Assembly: GCA_041750795.1 (NCBI GenBank) | Contig: JBGSYQ010000371.1 | Coordinates: 8,253-72,252, forward strand | Direction: 5' to 3' | Origin: Pirellulales bacterium | GTDB lineage: Bacteria; Planctomycetota; Planctomycetia; Pirellulales; PALSA-1355 | Length of the DNA: 64,000 bases | Shown here: positions 38,985-46,660 of the stretch, one piece after another | How positions within the stretch are numbered: position 1 is the first letter of the stretch | How the letters are laid out: every line of letters starts with the position of its first letter | Position numbers and translations under genes: made by a program | The notes under the pieces: model-generated | Seen by the model: only the letters and a program-made list of their open reading frames with translations | Told to the model about the DNA's origin: nothing | Database searches by the model: none

Positions 38985-39024
38985 CTCGCGGTTAGTGTCA
39001 CTGGCTCGCGGTCTGTGTCACTGG
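38985..39024 (-). repeat. Tandem 20-nt direct repeat x2 spanning the nuoI stop codon
   Basis: Minus strand reads CCAGTGACACAGACCGCGAG then CCAGTGACACTAACCGCGAG (18 of 20 identical). The first copy contains the nuoI TGA (39018-39020). Confidence 0.9.
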
Positions 39025-39545
39025 TTCGGGCCGCCGTGTACCGGCTCGACGATCGTCTTCGATGCGGCCACGGCCGTGGGATTCAAGGTGGCCCTGCCCC
39101 AGGCCACGTCCACCGGCAGACGCGCGAAATCCACCAGGCAGCCATCGCGGCTATAGCAACTCAAGTCGTGCGTGGCGCCCATGAAAATGCAATCCACCGG
39201 ACAAGGCTCCACGCACAAAGCGCAGAACATGCACTTCGAGTAGTCGATCGTGAAGCCGGTGATCTTGAAGCCCTTGCCGTTGGTCACGCGCTCCTTGCCG
39301 ATGTAAATGCAATCCACCGGGCAGGCCTTGGCGCACTGATCACAGGCAATGCAAGTCGTCAGGTCGTAGCGATGAAAGCCGCGATAACGAGCCGCCACCG
39401 GCACGGGCAACTCGGGATACTCGAAATGTTCCGTAAACGTCTTGCGATCGGAGCGGTACGTGATGAGCCAGTAGCGCATCGTGATGAACATGCCGTAGGC
39501 AACCGTGTAAACGGCTTCCCAGATATCGCGCAACCATCTGCCCAT
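39018..39545 (-). CDS. nuoI: NADH-quinone oxidoreductase subunit I (2x[4Fe-4S] ferredoxin-type)
   Basis: 175 aa from ATG 39545. Two CxxCxxCxxxCP motifs ([15 protein letters not shown] and [15 protein letters not shown]) and a NuoI-like N-terminus. The longer ORF-track version (start 39920) has non-coding-like composition. Confidence 0.88.
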   Translation of the reverse strand: MGRWLRDIWEAVYTVAYGMFITMRYWLITYRSDRKTFTEHFEYPELPVPVAARYRGFHRYDLTTCIACDQCAKACPVDCIYIGKERVTNGKGFKITGFTIDYSKCMFCALCVEPCPVDCIFMGATHDLSCYSRDGCLVDFARLPVDVAWGRATLNPTAVAASKTIVEPVHGGPNQ

Positions 39546-39651
39546 CGTGAGATCCCTATGTGCGGCACAAGCCGGAAGCACTTCTCGCCGCGGAAAACGA
39601 ATCGCAGCCATCGCTGCCTGTTGGCACCGACGAAACGGTAGTTCAACAGGT

Positions 39652-39679
39652 ATTATAGGCGCACGACTCATGGCCGCAA
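39652..39679 (-). promoter_or_regulatory. Candidate promoter for nuoI / the nuo array
   Basis: On the minus strand: TTGCGG (39679-39674), 16-nt spacer, perfect TATAAT (39657-39652), about 100 nt upstream of the nuoI ATG. Followed by the hairpin cctgttg/caacagg (39617-39650). Motif match only. Confidence 0.3.
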
Positions 39680-40265
39680 GCGAAGCCGCGGGGCGCTCGC
39701 AGGACGCAAGGCGCTTCCCGCGCAACGCAATCGCGCGAAAAACTCCTATAAGGGTCGCACGGCGCGGAAGAATTCCGCGGGAAATACTCCGTGCCGCGCA
39801 CGCCGATGCGAACAACAAAAGCGCGTCGACCTCGCGAGGCTCGGCAACGGATCGCGGTGGAAATGCCCCACGAGCTTCGCGTTTCGTCGACCATGCAACC
39901 GGATGCGGAACCGGCGGCAAGTAAACGGTTGCGCCAGGCGCGTGTGTCCGGTCACTATTTGGTCTGCTAATAAACCGGCGGCTTGTGATGCGCCGACGAT
40001 GGTCGAACCAACGCGGTCAGCGTAGTGGCCGCAATAGCGCCCGAGCGTATCGCCACGAGGAGCCGGTCCTCATGCTAGCAGCGGGGGCGGCGAAGCGCCT
40101 CAATAACTCTCTGCCGCTTGTGCGGTTACGATCCGCCGGGCGGCCATGCCTGAGTGCCAGAAAAGTCATCGCAGATTGCCTATACGACCTGCTCTCCCTG
40201 CCAGATTGATCCCCTACTCGCTGCCGATTTCTCTAAGAATCTGTGCCGGCGCAGCTTGCGAAACC

Positions 40266-40293
40266 TTGACTCTGTGCATGTGGTACGTAGAGT
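40266..40293 (+). promoter_or_regulatory. Candidate sigma70-type promoter for csrA
   Basis: TTGACT (40266-40271), 16-nt spacer, TAGAGT (40288-40293), about 150 nt upstream of the csrA ATG. Motif match only. Confidence 0.3.
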
Positions 40294-40445
40294 AATTGGT
40301 AGCTAGTGCCATGCCGCGCCAGCGCGGAGTCCCTAGATCGAGGGGGCGGAAATGGCACGTGGGTGCGCCGGCGGCTTATGCGCCGCACGGCGAGGGGTGG
40401 AGGAACCAAAAAAGGAAGCCCCGCGGCAACATCGAAGGAATTGCC

Positions 40446-40664
40446 ATGTTGGTACTATCCCGCAAAAAGAACGAGAGTATTGTCATCAACAATGACATTA
40501 CGATCGTGGTCGTGGAGATTCGCGGCGACAAGGTTCGGCTGGGAGTCGAGGCTCCCAAAGAAGTTCCGGTCCATCGTCAGGAAGTTTACGACGCGATCCA
40601 CCGCAACGTGGGCATTAGCGAACAGAAGGACGGCGATGCCAACGGTTCCGCGGGCGAAGCTTGA
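40446..40664 (+). CDS. csrA: Carbon storage regulator / translational repressor CsrA
   Basis: 72 aa with the near-canonical CsrA sequence [54 protein letters not shown] Shine-Dalgarno 6-7 nt upstream. Confidence 0.93.
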   Translation: MLVLSRKKNESIVINNDITIVVVEIRGDKVRLGVEAPKEVPVHRQEVYDAIHRNVGISEQKDGDANGSAGEA

Positions 40665-40807
40665 TCGTTCACTCTGACTCAACGTGCGATGCGCGCAAGC
40701 ACATCGTTGCCAGGCGCGCGCTTGGGTGTGAAGGCCGAACGTCGCACGGCGCGCTGGTTGTACCTGCGATCACCGCGCTGCCGCCGACCACTCTCGTTCG
40801 GGTCCAC

Positions 40808-40837
40808 TTGACGAACCGGCGCTTGGCCCGGTATACA
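40808..40837 (+). promoter_or_regulatory. Candidate promoter for tRNA-Glu
   Basis: TTGACG (40808-40813), 18-nt spacer, TATACA (40832-40837), about 45 nt upstream of the tRNA 5-prime end. Motif match only. Confidence 0.3.
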
Positions 40838-40881
40838 CCGGTGCGGTCATCGGATGCGGATGAGCGATATCGCTCGTATGC

Positions 40882-40956
40882 GGCCCCGTCGTCTAGCCTG
40901 GTCTAGGACACCGGCCTTTCACGCCGATAACACGGGTTCAAATCCCGTCGGGGTCA
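40882..40956 (+). tRNA. tRNA-Glu (anticodon UUC)
   Basis: Hand-folded cloverleaf. Acceptor GGCCCCG/CGGGGTC (one G-U pair). D-arm GTCTAGCCTGGTCTAGGAC. Anticodon stem CCGGC/GCCGA with loop CTTTCAC (TTC at 40918-40920). T-arm ACGGG-TTCAAAT-CCCGT. Discriminator A; CCA is not encoded. Confidence 0.9.
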
Positions 40957-41047
40957 TTTTCGTTCCAGAGTCGAATGCTGGTCGCGGCCGCGGCGCCAGG
41001 AAATCGCCAGCGCAAGGGAAATAGTCAGCCTTGCGCGCGCCGACGCC

Positions 41048-42097
41048 ATGCGAGCACGGGGTATCTCGGTGACGTCAGCATACGACGCGGTCCTGCTCGT
41101 TTCTTTCGGCGGACCGGAGGGCCCGGCCGACGTGCTGCCGTTTCTCGAAAACGTGCTGCGTGGCAAGAACGTGCCGCGCGAGCGAATGCTGGCCGTGGCC
41201 GAACACTACGAGCATTTCGGCGGCGTCAGTCCGCTCAACGCGCAGAATCGGGCCCTGGTTTCGGCGCTCGAGGCCGAATTGCAAGCAAGCGGTCCGAACC
41301 TGCCGGTCTACTGGGGCAATCGCAATTGGCAGCCGTTGTTGGCCGACACGCTGGCCCAAATGGCGCGCGACGGAGTGCGCCGGGCGCTGGGGTTCTTTAC
41401 CTCGGCCTATAGTTCATACTCGTCGTGCCGTCAGTATCGCGAGGACATCCAGCGTGCTGCCGCCGTCGTCGGCGCCGATGCGCCCCAGGTCGACAAGCTG
41501 CGTGCGTATTTCAACCATCCGGGCTTTATCGGCCCGTTGGTCGAGCGCGTGCGCGAAGCGCTGCAGGTCGTGCCCGCGGAGCGGCGCGCTGGTGCGCACG
41601 TCGTGTTCACTGCGCATAGCATTCCGTTGGTCATGGCTGAAACTAGCCAGTACGTGGCGCAACTGGCGGAAGCCAGTCGCCTGGTGTGCGAGTCGCTGGG
41701 CATCGTCAACCGAGAGCTGGCCTATCAAAGTCGCAGCGGGCCGCCGCAGCAACCGTGGCTCGAGCCGGACGTCCTCGACGTATTGCGGCGGCTGAGCCGC
41801 GAAGGCCGCACGCGCGACGTGGTGGTCGTGCCGATCGGCTTCCTTTCCGATCACATCGAGATTCTCTGGGATCTGGATACCGAGGCGCAGCAACTGGCTC
41901 AGCAGTTGGGGTTGAACATGGTGCGTGCGGCGACCGTGGGCAGCCATCCCGACTTTGTCGGGATGGTTCGCGAGCTCATTGAGGAACGCACTGTCGGCGC
42001 TCCGCAGCGGGCGTTGGGAACATTGGGCCCAAGCCACGACGTGTGCCCAGCCGATTGTTGCCCGCCGATGCCGAGCACGCGCCGCAGCGCCCGGTGA
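41048..42097 (+). CDS. hemH: Ferrochelatase
   Basis: 349 aa. Ferrochelatase motifs AVLLVSFGGPEG, VVFTAHSIP and PIGFLSDHIEILWDLD. C-terminal Cys cluster CPADCC. Confidence 0.9.
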   Translation: MRARGISVTSAYDAVLLVSFGGPEGPADVLPFLENVLRGKNVPRERMLAVAEHYEHFGGVSPLNAQNRALVSALEAELQASGPNLPVYWGNRNWQPLLADTLAQMARDGVRRALGFFTSAYSSYSSCRQYREDIQRAAAVVGADAPQVDKLRAYFNHPGFIGPLVERVREALQVVPAERRAGAHVVFTAHSIPLVMAETSQYVAQLAEASRLVCESLGIVNRELAYQSRSGPPQQPWLEPDVLDVLRRLSREGRTRDVVVVPIGFLSDHIEILWDLDTEAQQLAQQLGLNMVRAATVGSHPDFVGMVRELIEERTVGAPQRALGTLGPSHDVCPADCCPPMPSTRRSAR

Positions 42098-42490
42098 CCC
42101 CAGTGCAGTGCTGGACGACCCCGCATTGTGGGCAGGCCTCCTCCACTAGCGGTAGCCGGGCCGGCCTATTGGATGCAAAACGACTGTTTCGGCCGAGTAT
42201 TTCCCCAATTTCGGCCCTCATGTAGCTGGTAAGGGCATATCCTTGACTAGCAGCACATTCACAACAGGCGGGCACCGCCCGTAGGGTGTGGGAGAAAAAT
42301 GGGACTGACCCCCTCTCCGAGCCGGTTTTGAAACTGCTCCTGGCAGATTCGGCGTCATTGGTGCGTTGGTTAGCGGGGCGCAGTGCAAACCGCTGGCCGC
42401 TGCCGGCGACCGCCTGAGCGGCGCGCGCCGAAGCCGAAATCAACAGAGTGGAAGGCAATTGACTTGTCGGAATCAAGCAACTGGGAAGCC

Positions 42491-43618
42491 ATGAGCTCGA
42501 CGCCAGTGTCCACTGCGTCGCAAGATCAGCGCGCGGCGTTTCGCTGCGCCAGCGACGATCGCTTCGGGCTTCTGCGATTCGGCAGTCGCACCGTCGAAGT
42601 GGCGATTGTTGACGAATCGGCGAACGGATTCGGGGTTGTCGCGCTGGATCGACCGGCATGCGAAGTTGGAGAAACAGTTCACTTGCGGACGGAAGCAGGC
42701 TGGCTCGAAGCTCGCGTGATGAACATGCGTCCTTGCGAGGTTGCCACTTCACACGACGCGGATACGTCGACCACTGTCGAAATGATGCGGCTGGGGCTGT
42801 TGCGCTTGGGCGAGGCGCGGCGGGAGAACGAGAAGGGCGCCGGCTGGCTCGAACGCATCGATTTCAAGTCGCTCAGGGTATCACTGGCGTCGATCGGCCT
42901 GTCGGCCGGCGGTGCGTTGGCGATGACTCTGGCAATTGTTGCCGGAGGGCTGTTTGTGATCTGGGCGCTCGAAGACCCCAATCGCCTGATAACGTCGAGG
43001 GACGAGTTTCCCATTGTCGCGCCCAAGGCCCCCCGCAAGCACTCGAGAATTGTCCTGGAAAATATCGTAGCGCCCCAAGTCGAATTGGGACACCCGGATC
43101 CCACGCCGCCGTCATTGCCATCGTCACGGCCTGCAACGAGGCCACCGCGCGATCCGTTGCCGGCTGCCGACGCGTCCCGTGACCTGCTGCCCGCCGGCGA
43201 GTCACGTGATCTGCTGCCCGCCGACGAGTCGCGCGATCTGCTTGTGGAAGACGCTCTTTCACAGGATGTCGTAAGTGCGCCGCGGCCGGAAGCTTTGCTC
43301 GAACCGGAGGTGGCACGCTTACTGGCGCTCGAGCCGGAACAGCTCACACAACTGCATCGTTTGGCCGAAGAACACCAGGCGTTGGACCGGCTAAACCAGC
43401 AAGAATCAGTCGAACTGGCAGCGCAGCCGCCCGAAGGCAACGTGGCTGCTGTCGCATTGGGCGACGCGGCGGTGGATCCGGAAATCGGAGCACGCGCGCT
43501 GGCCGTACTGGACGACCGGCAGCGCAATCTTTGGTTGACGATGCTACGGGACGCGGAAGACGCTACGACGAAAACCGGTTCGCACGAACCGAGCCACGAT
43601 TCCCCGCGAGTTGAGTAA
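42491..43618 (+). CDS. PilZ-domain membrane protein with tandem 9-aa repeats
   Basis: N-terminal RxxxR (RAAFR), then DxSxxG (DESANG) 23 residues later, as in c-di-GMP-binding PilZ domains. One TM segment (LSAGGALAMTLAIVAGGLFVIWAL). Pro/Asp/Leu-rich C-terminal half. Start set to ATG 42491. Confidence 0.6.
   Translation: MSSTPVSTASQDQRAAFRCASDDRFGLLRFGSRTVEVAIVDESANGFGVVALDRPACEVGETVHLRTEAGWLEARVMNMRPCEVATSHDADTSTTVEMMRLGLLRLGEARRENEKGAGWLERIDFKSLRVSLASIGLSAGGALAMTLAIVAGGLFVIWALEDPNRLITSRDEFPIVAPKAPRKHSRIVLENIVAPQVELGHPDPTPPSLPSSRPATRPPRDPLPAADASRDLLPAGESRDLLPADESRDLLVEDALSQDVVSAPRPEALLEPEVARLLALEPEQLTQLHRLAEEHQALDRLNQQESVELAAQPPEGNVAAVALGDAAVDPEIGARALAVLDDRQRNLWLTMLRDAEDATTKTGSHEPSHDSPRVE
43169..43249 (+). 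repeat. 3 x 27-nt in-frame tandem repeat (DASRDLLPA / GESRDLLPA / DESRDLLVE)
   Basis: Read directly: units at 43169-43195, 43196-43222 and 43223-43249. Differences within the conserved SRDLL core are third-position synonymous changes (tcc/tca/tcg, cgt/cgt/cgc, gac/gat/gat). Confidence 0.9.
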
Positions 43619-43621
43619 AAT

Positions 43622-43635
43622 CAACCCGCGGGTTG
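43622..43635. terminator. Short palindrome between convergent genes (possible bidirectional terminator stem)
   Basis: CAACCCGCGGGTTG lies between the PilZ-gene stop (43618) and the thiolase stop (43653). No clear U-tract. Confidence 0.3.
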
Positions 43636-43652
43636 CTCCTGCCGTCGGGCGG

Positions 43653-44825
43653 TCACTCGCGCTCGACGATCATCGCCACGGCATTTCCGCCCCCCAGGCA
43701 GAGCGAAGCCAGCCCGCGTTTGAGTCCGCGTTCGGCCAGTGCATAAAGCAGCGTGACGAGTACTCGCGCCCCGCTGGCGCCGATCGGATGCCCCAGCGCG
43801 ATGGCGCCGCCGTGGACGTTGGTCTTGGACGGATCGGCGTCCAACGGGCGCATGCACGCCAGGCACTGCGCCGCAAAGGCCTCGTTCAGCTCGATCAGGT
43901 CAATGTCGGCGAGCGTCATGCCGGCCTTGGCGAGCACCTTTTGCACGGCGCTGACCGGGGCATAAAAGATCTCCTTGGGCGCCACGCCGCTGGTGGCGCT
44001 GGCCACAATGCGCGCTTTGGTCGGCGAGTTAGTTTCACGGGCGATTTTCTCTGAAACCACCGCGACCGCGGCCGCACCGTCGCTGATTTGCGAAGCGTTG
44101 CCCGCGGTGACGGTTCCTTCGGCGCCGAAAGAGGGGCGCAGCTTGGCGAGGATCTCCAGCGACGTATCGGGCCGCGGGCCTTCGTCCTGGTTGACCAGCG
44201 AGTCGCCCTTGCGCCCCGGCACGGCGACCGGCACGATTTCCTCGAGCGGCTTGCCGGCCCGAGCGGCGGCCCGGCGATGGCTCTCGACGGCAAAGGCGGC
44301 CTGGTCGGCGCGCGAGACGCCGCGGCTGGCCGCGATATAGTCGGCCTCGGCCCCCATGGCCATGTCCTCGAATGCACACCACAGCCCGTCGTAGAGCATG
44401 GAGTCGCGAACTTTCTGATTGCCGAATTTCCAGCCCTGCCGTGCTCCGTCGATCAAAAACGGCGCGCGGCTCATGCTTTCCATGCCGCCGGCAATGATCA
44501 CGTCGGCGTCGCCGGCGCGGATAACTTGATCGGCCAGCATGGCGGCCTTCAAGCCCGAGCCGCACATCTTGTTGATCGTCAAAGCCGCGATTCTGTCGGG
44601 CAGGCCGGCGAACAGGGCCGCCTGGCGTGCGGGCGCCTGTCCCAGGCCGGCGGCCAGCACGTTGCCCATGATGACTTCGTCGACTGCGTCGACGGGCAAG
44701 CCGGCGCGGCGCAGCGTTTCGGCAATGGCGATGGCCCCCAGCTTTGGAGCCGGCACGCCGGACAACGCGCCGGACAGTCGGCCGATGGGTGTTCGACAAC
44801 CGGCGATGAGATAAGACGCGCTCAT
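43653..44825 (-). CDS. Acetyl-CoA C-acetyltransferase (thiolase II)
   Basis: About 390 aa from ATG 44825. Thiolase motifs LTINKMCGSGLKA (active-site Cys), NEAFAAQ, and C-terminal GHPIGASG ... LCLGGGNAVAMIVE. Confidence 0.92.
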   Translation of the reverse strand: MSASYLIAGCRTPIGRLSGALSGVPAPKLGAIAIAETLRRAGLPVDAVDEVIMGNVLAAGLGQAPARQAALFAGLPDRIAALTINKMCGSGLKAAMLADQVIRAGDADVIIAGGMESMSRAPFLIDGARQGWKFGNQKVRDSMLYDGLWCAFEDMAMGAEADYIAASRGVSRADQAAFAVESHRRAAARAGKPLEEIVPVAVPGRKGDSLVNQDEGPRPDTSLEILAKLRPSFGAEGTVTAGNASQISDGAAAVAVVSEKIARETNSPTKARIVASATSGVAPKEIFYAPVSAVQKVLAKAGMTLADIDLIELNEAFAAQCLACMRPLDADPSKTNVHGGAIALGHPIGASGARVLVTLLYALAERGLKRGLASLCLGGGNAVAMIVERE

Positions 44826-45087
44826 GGTGGTGGTTCGCAAACGAGACTTGAGACGGGTGATCGGGCGCGCCGCCGTGGTCGCAAGCAATGCCCATCAGGC
44901 AGTTTACCGTGCCGTCGTGCAACTGGCCAGTCGCCTCGAGGCGGCGAGGCACGCGGCGGTTGGCGCGCGGGACGATTGCCTTTGACGCTTCAAGCAGTAC
45001 GATAGCGTCGATGGCCGGGGGCAGCATCGTGTGCAGACACTGTTTGCACCTTCGTCCTCCCATGTTGCAACAGACTGTCACCTGACC

Positions 45088-45693
45088 ATGAACCCCGAGC
45101 GACTGATGGAACCGCAGGAAATCAAGAAGGCGATTCGCGAGCAGGCCCACGCCAATCGCAAAGCGCAAGAGAACAAGGACGAGTTGAGCCAGGTCATCTG
45201 CGAGAAGTTTGCCGCACTGCCCGAGTATGACGTGGCCGCGTGCGTGCTGGCCTATATCGACGTGCGCACCGAGGTTCGCACGCGCCACAACCTGCCCGCG
45301 CTGTTGGCCAGCGGCAAGCGGGTGGCCGTGCCCTATTGCGTCGACGACATTTTGCAGTTGTTTCACTTGGAGAGCATGGAGGAACTGTCGATCGGGATGT
45401 ACAAGATCCTGGAGCCAAAGCCCGAGCTGCGCGAGCTGCCGGCAAAGCGCGTGGACGTGCGCGAGGTGGACTTGATCATGGTGCCCGGCGTGGCCTTCGA
45501 CCGCAACGGAGCGCGCATGGGCCACGGCTTCGGATATTACGACAAGTTGCTGGAGCATGCACGGCCCGAGACGCCGCTGGTGGCGCTAGCCTTCGAGTGC
45601 CAGTTGTTTCCGGAGATTCCCACGCAGCCGCACGACATCTTCATGGACAAGATCATCACCGAGCAGGCGATTTACGAAGGGAAGGGGCGGTAA
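45088..45693 (+). CDS. 5-formyltetrahydrofolate cyclo-ligase family protein
   Basis: About 201 aa from ATG 45088. Family motifs DLIMVPGVAFDRNGARMGHGFGYYDK and HDIFMDKIITE. Confidence 0.85.
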   Translation: MNPERLMEPQEIKKAIREQAHANRKAQENKDELSQVICEKFAALPEYDVAACVLAYIDVRTEVRTRHNLPALLASGKRVAVPYCVDDILQLFHLESMEELSIGMYKILEPKPELRELPAKRVDVREVDLIMVPGVAFDRNGARMGHGFGYYDKLLEHARPETPLVALAFECQLFPEIPTQPHDIFMDKIITEQAIYEGKGR

Positions 45694-45697
45694 TCGC

Positions 45698-46630
45698 GTG
45701 GCAAACACCACTGGCGCCGAGGTGGAGGATACCTATGCCGAAGCCTTCCGCAGCATCTATGCCGAATTCCTGATCACGGCCCGAGACCGCACCTGGCTCG
45801 ACCACGCCGTGGCGGCCGCCACCGGCAACGCCTCCAGCACGATCATGTGCGATTGCGAGGCCGGACTCGACCGCTACGTGGGCCCGGGCGGCGACGAGTC
45901 GATCGCCACGCCCGACGGCCGTCCCGGGGCGATCGTCCAGTTGCACGTGCCGCGATTTCGCAAGGACCGCCGCGAAGCGCTCGAGCGCGCGCTGTTGGTG
46001 CGCATCAGCCAGAACGTGCTGACGTGTCCGACAACGGCCTGCTTCAACTTGCTGGATACTGCGGACTATTTCAAGCTGGGGCGCAAGCTGGCCTTCTTTG
46101 GCGACGGCCATCAGTTTCGCGATCAACGCTGCGGTCGAGCGATGTGGGTTGTGCCCATCCTGGCGGGCGAGTTTGCGATCGATCGCCGTTTCGGCTTTCG
46201 CGATGGCTTGATGGGAGGCAACTTGTGGTTCATGGGGCGCGATGAAAATGCGGCGCTACTGGCCGCCGAGCGCGGTCGCGACGCCGCGGGCAGCGTGCCA
46301 GGTGTTATCATGCCCTTTCCCGGCGGCGTGGCTGCCAGCGGATCGAAGGCCGGCAGCCGCTACAAGTTCGCCATCGCCAGCACGTATGCCGAATTTTGTC
46401 CCACGCTGCGCGACAAGCTGGGCGAACAAAGCCGGCTGCCACAGGGCGTGGGCAGCGTCATGGAAATCATCATCAACGGCAGCGATTTGGAGAGCATCAC
46501 TCGCGCCACACATCGGGCGATCGAAGCGGCTGTCACTACACCGGGCCTGGTGCGTATTTCGGCCGGCAACTATGGCGGCCGGCTGGGCAAGAGCTTCATC
46601 TACTTGCACCCGCACCGACGCCCGCAATAG
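45698..46630 (+). CDS. ftr: Formylmethanofuran--tetrahydromethanopterin N-formyltransferase (Ftr/FhcD-like)
   Basis: 310 aa with a GTG start 4 nt after the preceding stop. Colinear with archaeal Ftr as I remember it: VEDTYAEAF, TPDGRPG, FFGDG, PFPGGVAASGSKAGS, ISAGNYGGRLGK. Confidence 0.88.
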   Translation: MANTTGAEVEDTYAEAFRSIYAEFLITARDRTWLDHAVAAATGNASSTIMCDCEAGLDRYVGPGGDESIATPDGRPGAIVQLHVPRFRKDRREALERALLVRISQNVLTCPTTACFNLLDTADYFKLGRKLAFFGDGHQFRDQRCGRAMWVVPILAGEFAIDRRFGFRDGLMGGNLWFMGRDENAALLAAERGRDAAGSVPGVIMPFPGGVAASGSKAGSRYKFAIASTYAEFCPTLRDKLGEQSRLPQGVGSVMEIIINGSDLESITRATHRAIEAAVTTPGLVRISAGNYGGRLGKSFIYLHPHRRPQ

Positions 46631-46660
46631 TCTTCGACCTGCTCGACCTGGAGTCGATTC

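Noticed and set aside
42299-42331. 10-codon mini-ORF (MGLTPSPSRF) with GGGAG 4 nt upstream, next to a GGCGG-gca-CCGCC hairpin, in the hemH/PilZ intergenic region. A loosely similar string (gagaaaaaggggact...ctccga) occurs at 14271-14295.
   Set aside because: It is too short to support from sequence alone. The similarity to the second site is patchy and could be chance. It would need ribosome profiling or conservation evidence.
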